DNA of 64,000 nt from Thalia democratica (lineage: Eukaryota): NCBI GenBank assembly GCA_965202585.1, contig OZ241828.1, forward strand, positions 61,566,001-61,630,000. Reading direction: 5' to 3'. The position numbers were made by a program, and so were the translations under genes. This document shows, in pieces, positions 43,817 through 58,800 of this stretch (within the stretch, counting starts at the first letter, position 1; each line of letters opens with the position of its first letter). The notes under the pieces are model-generated. The model saw nothing but the letters and a program-made list of their open reading frames with translations. It had not been told where the DNA came from and did not search any database.

Positions 43817-46800
43817 TTACATCCCGTCTTGCTGTAGCAGGTTGGCTGTTTCGTCCAAGCTTGCCGACATGTTTCCATCTGAAAAGAAAAAGTTCGGTCA
43901 GATTTGTACAAACGATCATTATTTAAAGGAGAAGTTTATTATAAGAAAAGAAAAGTTGATCAAGAGATGACACTTTTGAAATATCAGTTCATTGCATAAA
44001 AATTGCAAAACACAGCAGAAGTGTCACCTAATAATTTTTTTTAGAATTTTAAAATATACCCATTGATTTCTTACACGTCCTTTTATTCAAACAAAACAAC
44101 TTTACTTATGTTCAATTTTCAAAACAATAGAACATATAGGTCTCTTAGTCTTTATCTATTGGGGTAGAGAGACCAAAAAATAAAATGAAACAGTTCAACT
44201 TTTTTTTTGTTGCAGTTATAACTTATGCTCCTAAATGAAACACCATTTAAAGCTTTCCCTAAACATCGATACCCTAATAAATAAACAAAAAACTCCAATA
44301 AACTTCAAGAAGTTTTAGTAACAAAACAAACTTTCTTGCTGCTGTCTCGTGTTGAAATCCCTCGAATCACGTTCGAACACGGAATCGCTGTCGTGCATGA
44401 CGTCATTGACCACGTCACAATCGTAATCGTCATCCGTATCGTCTTGCTCGTCACTCGATGTCGCAACGGAGTAGGAGACGTCGCATGGAACGTTCAGGTC
44501 GATGTAGTCCTGAAAATATAAATATATCTTAATATATCAATTTATGAATGTAAAAATAAAGTAGCTTTTTTGGTAAGGCTGAATTAAATGCTAGTACTAA
44601 AGAAAACAAACAAAAGAAACAAAGTTTGATGAACATTTAAATAACCAACTTGCAAACGATTAACCTGAAAAGAATTGTTAATAATGCAGTGTAACAACTT
44701 TTGGTTACTTTTCGATTACAGAAAAAGTAATTATTAATGTAAATGTGAATAAATGAGTGTGATACACCATGCTTGATTATACCAAGTATTGGGCAAGTTA
44801 TAAAAAAAAACTATTACTATTTTATCATATTTACTTAAAACTTAAAATATCAAATAATTAATATCATGGCATAATAATTAACAGTTAGGCATGAGTTTCA
44901 TTTTAATGATTCCATAACTTTGTAAGAAACATTATTTTCTCTACTAAACAGTAAAAAATAAAAACAAACATGTGTATATACTTTTTTCTAAATGTACTAA
45001 AATTTAATGTTAAACAAGTTCACTAAGTTTAATGACCTTCATAACTACAGAACATAATCATATTTAAAACTGATTTATTATGGTATTATTAATTCAATTA
45101 ATCAAAATATAATACTCGTATGGCAGTTTATGTAGCAATTAATTAAATAAAAACAATAAATTCCACAAATATCCACACGTTTCTATGTCTTATCAATTTA
45201 AAACTTAAGTAAAAAATTATTATAAAACTTCATTAATTAACATTTACTGTTGTAAAAAATGTAAGATAAATAGGTTAAAATTGCTGAGCGCACGATAATT
45301 CAAATTCTAAAAAACTTAAAGGGCAACAACTTAAAAACTAATACACATTTTAAAAGGAAAAAAAAAGTATGTTGATCTTATTAATATCTACAAACCATTT
45401 TTTTCTTTTTGTAAAATATTATATTTATTTTTAGATATGGCTAAAATTAGTTTTAAAGTACACTTATTTTTAATAAATTTTAATATTTTAAAAAATATTT
45501 AAAATTTTACAAAAAATATATAACGATTTATAGATATTGATATGACATAAAAACGTAATTTAATTTTTATTTCAAATATATGTTACTTTCTGAGTCATAG
45601 TCTATTAAATATTTTTTTATGAATTTGAATTGTCATGTAATCAAAATTGCTATACAACTTCGAAAATTGTATGACAATTACTTTAAAAAACAAATACATA
45701 ACATACATACAAACATAAAATTATTTTCAAAATCTTATAGCTTCTATACTTTTGTAAACTTCCACAAGTCATACATTGGTGCAAATAAGTTTAACTGTTT
45801 TTTTAAACTAAAACTATAAATCTTAATGCAATAAAGAATATTTGGAACATTCGTTATACTTTATTATTGTTAAAAGGTCTTATTAGTTCATAAATACTAA
45901 ACAAAACCCATTAAAATAATATAAAACTTAAGTACTAATAAAAGCAGCTTTGTTTACTGTTATATTTTTCTCAGATTTAACAAGGTTCATCACAGTTTAT
46001 TTTAACCGTAACTGTAATTAAAAGGTTTATAAAAGTGGTAAGTTGCTTAAATTAGATTGATGGACAACATAAATTACTGTTGATAAAATATTGTTACATT
46101 TACTTGTAGCAATAAAACTTTATTAGGGTTTTTTTTAAATGTTTTAACAGTAATTTTATAATTTTAGAGACTGTATGATGAAATAAAATAGCTTTAAGAT
46201 AATGTAAATTGTTTTTAAGAACATGAGATTTTACATGATTTTTATAAGAGTGTTTCAGTTCAAAAATAAAAATAATTTCATTATGTTTAAATTGTTTATG
46301 TTTTACTAGGAGGTAAACACTATAAAAAAAATTTTTACTCTTGCATGTTTTTTGTAGAAAAATACAACTGAGAATACTATTTTACTATTTGTATATTTCT
46401 GAATATATAGATAAATTGATTTAGAGTAGTAAACACTTTTATAAAACATTTATTTTAAATCTAAAAAGACTAGTCAAATTAATAAATTAAATAAATAAAT
46501 CTGTGTGGCAATACATGAAGTAATTAATTAAACTGTTTTTTGATCACAATAGTAAAACTCCATGGATAATTACAACATTTAACCTTTATGTAAAAATTAA
46601 AATAAATTTTACCTTCACAGAACTTAATACATGATCATTAGTTTTATATAAGTAAAGTGTCTACTTAAATTTATGTTCGGATTGTAAAGACACTTTTATA
46701 AGATTTAAAACACGAATAAACTTTACAAGTTATTTTGAAACTTATATAAGTTTAAATTTCAACCAGATAAAAATTTTTTAATGTAATCATTGATTTTATC

Positions 46801-49800
46801 TCTTGCAGAACTTAGATTTTTATCACATTATCTTGTTATATAATAAACCTTCTATCTTACCCAAGAATTAAATTTTAACTGTTTTAACTCAATTCTTATG
46901 TAGTATATTGGTTGTATTTTACTTGATTTCAGAAAAATCCTAACCACTTAAGAACTCTTTTAGTTTTATAAACAACTAGTTTGGTTTTATATATTAAATA
47001 ACGAAGACCCGATTCGGTGAGTTTTTTTAATTACTTTCATGGAATTGAAACCTTTAAATGTTAAATAACTGAAATGCTTTTGACTAAACCTTTAAACTAT
47101 ATTTCCAAGGAATTGTATAAATGTTTTATAAGATTAAACACACGTTGTTCTATTGGCGTTTTTGTTTGCTTGGTAGTAAATTAAACAAATATTAAAAATA
47201 GTTAAACTATTTATTATAGTATCTTGAACTTGTAAATATTTATGCAGCTGTAACTTCTGTTTTTTTTAAATTTATTATATTAAATAAACTTCTAGAACAT
47301 TATTGAACACTTAACATTGAGTGATAGCCGAACTGTTAAATATTATACAGCTGTTCAAACGACTGTATTTACTTATGTCCAACAAGTGTTAGAAATTGTT
47401 AAATACTGGTTAACCAATAAACAAACTGACACATTATGCCAGGACTTACTTTAGTGAAATATTCTAAACTGTAACTTTTTATTATTCTTGCTTAAATTAC
47501 CTGAAATGAAGAACACCTTTACTAGTACTAAGCTTATATAACTCAACGGGTATACTACTATGTGTACAATATAGAAATATTTATAATTTTAAACTAACAC
47601 CTAAGCAGTGGCATTTAGGTTTTACACTTATAGTAGAATTTTAAGTTTTTTAAATTCCCTCACACCAGTAGTAGAGTGAGGCTTGTGTTATAAATTCTTG
47701 TGACAAATATTCATTGTTTTACTACTAACATCAGATGTAGTGGCGTTGAGCATCCTTTCCAAATCTTCCAAAAGATCCCTGAATTTGGGGCGATCTTGAG
47801 GGATGACCTCCCAACAATCTTTCATCAACCTGAAGAAAAAAATGTTAAGAAATATATAAGTGAGTTTTTGTATGCAATGGTTGAGCAAAACTTGCATAGT
47901 GTTTTCAAATATAACTTTGAAAAATATAAAATATATATATTCTTACGTGTCTATTGAAATTATCAAATCAAATTTAATTTTTTATACAAAAACAACATTT
48001 GTATTGATTTTCAGAGTTGAAAAGGAAACGAGTTGAAAAGGAAACAGAAACAATTAGTTTTGGAGATTAATTTTATTTATCAAATAAATAAATATATCAA
48101 CCTGTACAACAATGGACTGGCGAACTGTGGGTGCTCCAACCTCATACCTGATCTCAAAAGTTCCACCAAATTAACAGTTTTTATTCCCGGATAAGGGGAT
48201 CCACCCAATGTGAATACTTCCCACAACAGTACTCCGAACGACCAGCTGTTTGTATTATTAGATCGTTATTGCACACTTGGTATTTTTTCAATTTAAACTC
48301 TGTCATTTGTATTTAGGGTCTGTATATTAGTTTTTAAAAAAGAGTTTTAAAAAAGTTTTTAAAGAAAGCTGAGCTGGTGTTAGCTTTTTTTTAATATAAA
48401 AGTCTATTGATTTGTTAATAGATTTAGACTTTAATATTTCAATAAACTAACCAGTAGAATTCATAAAACTATTCGAAAATAAGTATATCAAATAAACAAC
48501 TAGTTTATTATTTTTCCAATATTTCTAACAACTAACACATCAGTGGCGTGTGTGAAAACATTTTCAACCATCGATTCAATTGCCATCCATTTGTAGGGAA
48601 GGTGACCCTGAAGGATATTGTAAAACAAATATTATTTTTATTATATATTATGAACTAATCTCATACACTATGAATTTTCAAATAAATAATACTTTAGTGT
48701 AAACTCAATATAATCTAATCGAAAGTATTTAAAAAGCTTTAGAAACTGATATTTTTTTTTGTTATTTAACCGCTATATTTACTATATTTATAAACATATT
48801 GTTTCCTAAAGCAAATATAAACCAACCCTGGAAACTTTTCTGTAATACTCGTGTGATCTGACATCCCTGGCAAGTCCGAAATCAGCAATTTTCATTTCGA
48901 AGTTGTTCGTTACTAATACGTTCCTTGCAGCTAAATCTCGGTGCACACACTAGAATAATACTTAATTATAAAGTATAAATTTTAATCTTCAAATTCCTAG
49001 TACTTATTATTTTTGTAAGTTACTGTAAAGCATACTAAAATCTAACAATGAAAACAAAATATACATGCTTAAGTTTAAGTGGATTTAAAAAAACGCTAAT
49101 GTTGTTATTTCTAAACCCGTTTTTATTATTTAATTACTGTTATAATATTTAAAGAAAACAGATTAAATTCGATTTTATTTTTATAACATCATAATATAAG
49201 AAGCTTAGGGAGCTGTGTAACTGCATTCTAATAACATTAGAGTTATAAAAACACAACAATTATTGGAAACGTTTTGTTTAAACTCACTAAAGCTTTAATA
49301 AAAACAAAATTAAAGTCACCAAGGGTCGCCTAACCATGCGAATTACTGTAAACTTAGCCAAGTTTTTATAGTAAAAAGATTATAGAAAAAGAAAACTTTG
49401 AAACACAACGGAGCAATTACGAAAATTTAATTCAAACAACAAAAAATAATCGGATTGGAAAATTTCCGATATTTTCACTCGAGTGCTTTTTATTATCCGC
49501 TTCCGACACTTGAGCTGTTATTACGTCATAATAACAAAATACGTCGCTTCCGAGTAATCAAACGCATACAAGTGATTACATTTGCCTGTTACGAGCGGAA
49601 ATTTCGGTCGGGAAATGTCGGGAAAGCATCCGTTGAATGGCTTTTTGTTTTAACTTTATATTTTTTGAATTTGTTAAAGTTTAAATTTAGATTTCAAACT
49701 ACTTAATTATAAGTATTAAACGAAATTGGTTAAACTCTTAACATTTAAACTTAAACATCGACTACACAAATTTTGTTTATTTAAAAGGCATTTTTAATAA

Positions 49801-52800
49801 TTTTATAGTATGTTTGTATGATTCTAGTAATACGAAATGCTTAAAAACAAAAAGCTTACATATACTGCATTATCAAAAAGCAAATATAATATTATTTTAC
49901 AAAATACGACAAAACATACATTAAACTTGTTTAAATCAAGAATTTTATGAACAAACCTTATTAATGGCGAGGAACTCCATACCCCTGGCCACCTGGTAAC
50001 TGGCGCTTATGAGGTCCTGATACGTGACGTTCCTGGGTTCGAATCCCGCCTCCGACTGATTTGTGGTGGGAATTTCTGGCAAGTCGATGTTGGATGGTCT
50101 GTTTCTGCGTAGAAAGTCCCTGAAAAATATTTGGTTGTTATGTTGATGATTTATATGATGTTACAAACAGAATTGCGCTAAAGTTTGTTATAAAATAATG
50201 TAATAAGTTCTCGTAGTAGAGATAATTGGTTGTTTTATACAGCATACTAAATTATTTTAAAAAAATATTTAAAAAAATTATTTAATGTAAGTAGTTTTAA
50301 TCTAATAGTTTACAAAAAAAGTGTGTGCTTAAAAACTAATTTTAAACAAAACTTACAATCTGAGCTAATGTAATTTAGTTACTTTGATCATCTTAATTAA
50401 ATCAAAGAGACTTTTAAAAACTTTAACATCTGCTATACTTAATTTTCTCAAAAAGCACTTGGAATTGAGTGGGCACTTAATAAAAAGTAAAGTATCGCGA
50501 CTATATATAGAAACTGATTCATATCGATTTATTTTTATCGACTTTTCGAAGCTGTTTTCTTTTTGTAAAGCGATTAAAAATAAAATATTCTTACGCAATT
50601 TCAAAGTTGTTTTTATTGATTTTATTGTTGGCAAACGAAAGTCCGGACTTGTTCTGCAGACTTTCGCCGATTTTGTTGATTGTACTAAAACGAGCGTACC
50701 AGATGTCTTGCCTAGTGGACAATGTTTTAAACGTTGCACGGCAAAGACAATGCTGACGTCACTAATCATTGCCAGCAAATGGTTGCTTCATGCGAAAGCA
50801 TGATAAACCGTTTGTAGATTGACGACTACAAGTTTTTCGGTTGTGACTGACTGATGAGTCCTAATAAGGACGAAACCGGTCTCAGTCTACCGAAACTTGT
50901 GGTCTGATGATCGAATTGGCATGATCAACCCTTTTGTTAAATTTGAGCTTGTCTCACGGCAAACGAAAGTCCGGACTTGTTCTGCAGACTTTCGCCGATT
51001 TTGTTTATTGATTTTAGTTTAGTTTTTACCACATATGCGCTTTCTATAAATGCTGTTTCTGTTATTGTTGTTGTTGTTGTTGTTGTTATAATACTAAGAT
51101 ATATTTTACTAGCCATCACCTACAACATTTAAACTTTAAAATTCAAATAACTTCAGTTAATACTCAGTATTTCAGTTTTTTAGTTGTATGTTTAGTTGTA
51201 CACTATTCCAGTATAATGCATATGATTGGCACACATTAATATACCATGTAGATTTTTTGTAGATGTACTGAAAAATATAACAAATCATTAAAATTTATAA
51301 CCTCAAACTACCCTGACTAGCGTACTCTGTTAGCAAGCATATAATAAAAATAATTGATAAACAAAATACAATATTCGCCTCAAATTGCCCAGACTGACAT
51401 ATTCAGCGATCAAATATAAAAATTAAACATAATTGATAATAAACAAACATATCCCACCTCAAATTTCCCTGACTGGCGTACTCAGTGATGAGGTACAAGG
51501 CGCCCTCCTGGGTCGACATGCCGATCAGGCTGATTATGTTTATGTGGGGCCCGATGCGCTTCAGTTGCTCCATCTCCGTCACCAGGTCGTTCACGTCCTT
51601 CTCACTGTTGTTATCTGCACAAGAAATTGTACTGATTTATTTATAACTATTTTATGAAGTTAAGAACAGTAGCATGTATAGTGGCTGTAAAGGGTTATAA
51701 AATAATTATTTTTTAAATTTATTATATTTGTAGAAAAAATTAACTTTATCTGTTGTTATCTGCAGAAGAAATTGTATTTAAGAAAAAAGTACTAATTGGT
51801 TTATTTATAACTGTTTTATCAAGACATAAACAGTAGTATATTAAGTGTAAAAGGGTTATGTTAGTGTTTTTAGGAACTTGGTATATTTGTAAAAAAATAA
51901 CTTTATGGTGGTTGTAGAATAGAATTCAAGTATGTATTTTTTTTCGATCAGTAATTAAGTTGAGTTACATGAGAATTTTTGTTGAAATAACAAGGATTAA
52001 TAGATATTATCTAATCTTTTAAAGTTTTTGCAAATAATTTGATCGTTTATCTCCACTTATTTTACAGATTTAATCCTTGGAAAAACAAACTAAAACGTGT
52101 GAATCTAAATTTAGAATGTTAATTATTTTTATTTTATTACATAAAATGCTAATATATCTGTATAAAATTTTATAACTACAATTTTTAACAGAACGGTCAA
52201 TTTAGTTTTATTAATATGTAAAAATAGAACTAACAATGGACAATAAAAACTGAATCCCAACATTTAAAATTTACATATAGGAAATAATAAATTATTTTAT
52301 GGAGGAAAACAAATAAAACTTAGACAGTTTCCTTTACAAGAACGGAAACGTGAATTTTCCACGGGAAGTATTAAAAAACCAATAAAAATTACACATCCCA
52401 TCTCAATTAAATCGAGCGACTTGAGAAAGTCACTGTATGAAGTATAAGTGGGTTTCATTTGTGACGACTTTTTATAATATTGTAGTTAAAACGAGTACTA
52501 AACCTTTAATGTTTAGATAATATTTTTACAAACTCACTTATCCAAACCATATTGTACTAAAATAATAATCTAATGTTGTTTCTAAACAGAAGTTAAAATA
52601 ATCTATATTATTTAAGTAAATACACTAATGCATTATAAAAATGAAAAGAAAATAAACTAGAATACTTGTAAAAACATGTAAATGTTAACATTAAAGTACA
52701 TCAATCAGTTTGGGTTTATTTTGATAATGATTAGTCAAAATACCTCATTACATATTTTAAAATAAAAAAAAACGTATTTATCATGAAACCAAATGTTTTG

Positions 52801-55800
52801 TAAACTTAATAGAATGATGTATTAACATGTTTTGAAAAATAAAGTTTTCAAACTTGTATGTAAATTGCACAACAAACTGAAAGGAACTAACAAATACCTT
52901 CAAAAAAACCACAGACAATATTGTTGCAAATATTTTATAAGCTTAAGTGTTGTAAATTTTAAATCGTGGTTTATAATACAGGTAAATTTACATTTTAAAA
53001 AGGAAAAATGAAAGGAAATTAAATTAACGTTATTGTTATTTCCAGGAAAATTTAAAGTTTTAATATAATGTTTAATTTAATCTACAACTGTACTAAATAC
53101 TAAACCTTACCCCAAACTGTATTTAAGCTATTATAAAGACATTGCAATTTTCAGACACAATTTAGTATTAGCATTTATATTCCGACATTAAAGTTATTTC
53201 GCTGTTATTTCATAATCATTAAGCGAAATATATTAAAGTAATATCAAAGTTCAGTAACAGTTATGCGATACAAACAATTAATTTACAACTTAGTATTTCA
53301 GAATTACCAATTAGAAAGGTATTAATATTTACCAGACAGGTAAACTCTTAATCTATTTAGAAAAGTATCGATTAATGTGGATAGGCGATTGCATTTGCAC
53401 AGTAAGCCTTTTAAAAGTTAACAAACAATCCTACAATAATACACATCCAGGTTAAAACTATAAATAACTGCAATTATATGTGAAGGAAACGATTAATTAG
53501 ATCAACTTTCAAGTCTTGATACAATTAGAGATGGTGCGAGCTGGGTAACACTTACTTATCTGTAAAACTAATCATACATGCGTTAAATGCTTAACTTGAA
53601 AATTACGAGATAATTTCTTACACATGAGGGAAACGTTTAATTAATTTTGGAAGCCCGTATTCAAATACAAAGTCAAGTAAAGGTACCACAAACTTATACA
53701 TACAAGCAGGAATTAACTAATTAAATGTGCGACAGAAGCTTTAAAACTCATGTCGGGTTGGTGTGTGACTCAGGTAGCAGCTAACATACATGCAGCTTAA
53801 TCAGCATACATACAGGAAATAAGATCAATTATCAAGCCGCAGTCGAAAATACTAGCGAATGTACAATGTAACTACCAAAGCACCACTTCTTATTTACGAG
53901 AATCTTTAATATTTCAACACTCGATTATCAAAACTGCAATCGAGCAAACACCGCAACAACTTCAACTGGAAACCTTTCAGTTTTCAACCACAAGCTTCCT
54001 ACTTTACGTTTTTGACGTCATAAAGAAGTAGAGATTGCTTCAACTTTTGACTTTGTAACGCTTTTTAAATTGGCAAAGTTGAAAAATGGTTGTTTTTCAA
54101 TTTAGTTTTTGACCCTTTAAAATGATGAATATTTTTATTGTGAAATTTTTTAAAAGTTTGATTAAAATAAGTAGTTTAGAGTATACAGTTTTTTTTTTCT
54201 TAAAAAAAATGTTATTTTAAGTTACAAAATATTTCGATTTTTTGCTAATATCTAACTTTAATTTTAAGTTTAAAACACTATAACTTAAAATTTATTAAGT
54301 CTTTAGGTTTTTTAAAATTAAAATTGTTTTTTTGTGACCTAAAAATGCGGCACATACAAAAATTTAAAAGTATAAAGTTCTATATTTAAATTAGATACTT
54401 ATAAAACAAAAAATTACAAAGTTATTTCTTTTGTAAAAAGATTTTTATCTAATCTGACATTTTTCACGAGATTTTATTTTAAATTAAAAGATAAAGCGAT
54501 AACACGCAAAAATAAAAGTGTTTTTCAGCTTTTTTAATTAAAAAGTTTGATAAAAGATAAAGATCTACGTAATTCAAATTCCACAGACAAATGTTTCAAC
54601 ATTTGAAGTTATATTAGTGCAAAAAGTTTATTGTGTATAAATGTTAAACTTTTTTTAATGAGTTTAAAAAATATATTTTCAAATACCTTGATTTCACATC
54701 TGTTTTTAATTAAAGAAATTTAAGACCGAGATAATAAGATATACCTAAAGAAATTTTAAAGTTTAAATTTTCTGCAATCTGCAATTTAAAATAATTTAAC
54801 TAGATGAGTATAATTTCATTGCACTCTTTGTATTAGATTAAAATAGAGAAAATTGTTACAACTATTTTAATAAATAATACAAAAGTTTTAATTATTTGTG
54901 TAAGAACTATTTTTTTTAGCCTAAAGTTTTCAAAAAGTTGTTGGTTTTATTTTATTGTTTCGAATGTCAAGAAAAGTAAATAAATAAAACTTAAAAAACA
55001 CTAATTTTTAAACGATATCTGCTAATCTAAACTGTTAAAAACTGATTAAATATCTGCAGGAAATTCTTTTCAAGTTTATCAAGTTCAGAAACTTAAAAGT
55101 TCTTGGAACTAAAAGTGTTAGCATTAAAATTAAATTACAAAGTTAATCAAAATCTCACATAAAAGTTCTACTGAGCCCACAAAAAATTCAGAAACCATAT
55201 CTGTACGTTTAGCCGAGTTCAGAACTTTTAAGTCCACCAAAAACCATATTAAGAAAAAAAGATTAAGGCATTGATAAAAAAAAATATAATATAAAACCAA
55301 CATTTTTAATTATAAATCTGTTCGAAGAATCCACAAAAATACTTATATAACCTAACAATCTTTAAAAAAAAACTTTAATTTCAAGCCTAGGTAACAAACC
55401 CATTAATTATGTTTTATCCAGTTCAAAGATAAAGGGATAACAGACCGAATAAAAACTGATAAATTTATTAAAAACTTCACTTGTTGCTTACATAACCTAC
55501 TTTCACATAAAGCTCTGCATCATTAAATATCTGCAATCAACATGAAAAGTTAGCTGAGTTCGAGTTGATTGTGTAACCGTTTTGTTATTTGTTTTCACGT
55601 ACTAACAGTCTGATAAAACAAAACAAACAATTGAAGGCAAATGTTGACCGCAGGACACTCTTAAAAGAAGGGCAGTTTTTTGTTGAAAACAAGAAAAAAA
55701 ATGGCCTTCCTGTTTGAAGGGTGGTGGAAAAAGGTCAAGGGTTTTCGTCAAGTTTGTTGTATGCAAATTCGCAGATATACTTATATATGTGTTATGACGT

Positions 55801-58800
55801 CATAAAACATGCACATCTGGAAGTGACCCTAGAAGTTCTAAACCTTAATTTAATAGGTTCGTACTTTATACTCTTTTGCAAAAATAAATGACAAAACGTA
55901 AATATGTGCTTTCAAAATTGCAACACTGATAAACTAATTTTGAATTAGGTGTATTGTAAACTAATTTGATATGAGTTGATGTCAAAACAAATATGTTGAC
56001 CTTTCCCTGACACCTTTCAAAAAAGGTCAAGCACGTTTGCGTGTGTGTTTGTATGCAAATTTCAAGTGTATAGTATTATGACGTAACTGTATATAATAAT
56101 CATCCAAAAAGAATTGTAAAATGACTTTGAAAAATACCTGTTTGGTTTTAATGAAACTAGGTGTATTTGGAAATTAAAAACTTATATCCAATTTTAAGAA
56201 ATTTCAACTTGGTTTCCGAGAAAAAAAATATATTTTTGCTGTAACTGCTGAAAGAAAAATTCTTGCGTTCAAACAACAATTTTAGCACGATGGTTTACGT
56301 ACATGATAGCTACAAAGACAACATGCATATCTATATAAACTGAATTATGCGGATTAGCTTTTTGTTTACACTACCAAGCCCGAAAGTTTGAAACTTGTTG
56401 GGTTAAATTAACTTCCGCTTCACAAGTGGGCGATGGTTAAAAACACAAAAAAATAGTGATTTTTATTTGGGTGAAGGTTTATGCGCTGACAACAGTTTTC
56501 TTCACTTCCTTTGTGTGACTTTTCGTGTCTGGGAATTTTTAAATTGCGATGACCTTAGTGTTAAAAAATTAAAGGATTTTTTATGGGTTTTTAGACCTCC
56601 AAACTGGTGCGTTCTTCGAAAAAAATCTAATAACAGAACTTTTATGGTAAGTAGATACACCTAAATGCCATATCTACATATCAATACTAGTTTAATGACA
56701 TTTATTTTTTCTAAGTATTATTTTAAACTTTTTTATTGTAATCAGATTTGTAGCATTTTATTCAAAAGAACTCAATTGAAATTTCAACACACCAATTAAT
56801 CCTCATGACAATGTTTTATTTTACTAAGTATACTTTTTATGGCAAAAATACAGCAACACAACTGTTGAACATTTATTTTTTTAAAACTTATTATTCACTC
56901 CAAATATTGGTAAAATATTGTGTTAAGCAAACAAAATAAATGATTTAAGCTCATTCATCCTAATTTACTATAATCTATTGTGCACACTCGTACTCACAAA
57001 CAAAACATAAACCAACAAAATCCAAACCCCATTATCAAGCTTTTCGACAAACGCCGAAACTTTATTCAAACGTAGCGGAAACGGCTAATTCAACCGACAA
57101 TTGCACAATGAAAGTAGGGCACAACTCAGTAGGAGGTCACCGAGCACAATGCCGCGTAGGAGGTGATTTCTGTAGTAGATTTCCAAATTTGCATTGTAGT
57201 ATTCGACACAATGGTTGCCCATTGCAGCGAAGATTAAAGTTTTGTTTGTTGAGAACGTCGCGTAAGCTTCGGTTTAATACACAATGCAAAGTTTAATGGT
57301 GCGACAATGAAAGTTTGTAGTTGTGATAAAAATTTCTGTTTGCTTGGAAGAGTTCGTTGCGAACTCGGAAAAAGTTACATTTTGAACTGTAATCTATGTG
57401 ATTTGATACTTTCTTTATTTATTGTGGGTGAAATCAAATACAATGTGTTGTTGTTGTTTGGTCTAAGTACATGCTTAAATTGACAAAAAACATGTAAGTT
57501 TTATGGATTTACAGAATTTATTGTATGTTATCTTTAATGGATAAAACTATAAAGATATACCATGTAAGTTTATTTATGTTTTTAATTTTAAGTTTATTTA
57601 TGTTTTTAATTTTGTTTTGAACAACTTTCAAACATTTTATTTTTTAATTCATAAAACAACTTAAAAATCAAAAACGAACAAAACTTCAATCTAGAAAATG
57701 ATATTTTGTAAGAAACTACCCAATAATACTCAAGACAGGCGAAATTCCACCGTGTTTACACGAAAAACAAATATTTAAACTTTACACTTTAATACTGAGC
57801 GCGCGTGAAGTTGTTAGAAAACCTCAAAAATTTATCATCAATTATATCAGTGGAAACAAACTGTTAAGCGAAATCAGTAGTTAGCAAATTACGAGGTCTG
57901 TAATCACGTTAAAATAAAACAAATCTTACATAACGCCTCCATAATGTTAAAATGAGTTCCTAGAAAGTTATGTAGTTTAAAAATTCAACTTTTTTACGTA
58001 GAAACAGTTAGTGGCGTCAATGACGGGGAGTAATTTTAAAAATTTACTGTTTTTTATTTATTGCTTTCATTTGAGTGCTATTAAAATCGCTGAGCTATAA
58101 CGACGTTGATTAATTGAAAACAGTTTTTTTTTATGTTTTTTTTTTGAATTTTTAAACTTTGACCAGCTTTCTTAAATTTTTTCAAACCAAAATTATTTAT
58201 TGACATCCAATTACGACACTTAAAACAGTTTACCTATCATTTCTGTGATATTTCGCATATTTAAACTTTGACCAATTCATCCTCGAATTTATTTATCAAC
58301 ATCGAATTACTTTAACTATGACGTCATAATAGCCGGTAAATTGAGCGTGAAAAGCGGAAACGAATATTTTTGTGGTTTGCAAAAAATAAAGTGGCCTTTT
58401 ATTTATTGTTTTATTGAAGGTTTTTGAAAAGGGCGAGTTTTTTTTTTGCACGGGTTGTTTAGAAACAATGGGGTTAGTTTGTTTGTACTTGAATTAAATT
58501 ATTTGTCTGAAAGTTTTTTGGGTAGTAAAACTTTTACGAATGATATCAAGTTTATTTGTTTTCAGATCAGATAACTCCTGTAAAAAAGCTTTATTTATTA
58601 AAAGATTTTTTACAACTTTACAAACCCTTATCTAAATATTGTTAATAAAAAATATATGTGCGTAAATACAAAAATGATTAAAATGTGTCTAACACTTTCC
58701 TCACATAGCATATATATATGAACTTAGAACAAATAAAGTAAAAAACAAAATATTTTATCACAAATCTTTTTACATACTTCCCAACTATAATCAGATTATG

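Noticed and set aside
50036-50046. GGTTCGAATCC, a tRNA T-loop/B-box-like motif
   Set aside because: It lies within an FGFR coding exon (antisense of G-F-E-P), and no cloverleaf or A-box is present.
50384-50600. IFIDFSK in ORF 50384..50803 resembles a LINE reverse-transcriptase motif
   Set aside because: One short motif in AT-rich sequence with no other RT motifs; insufficient without a profile search.
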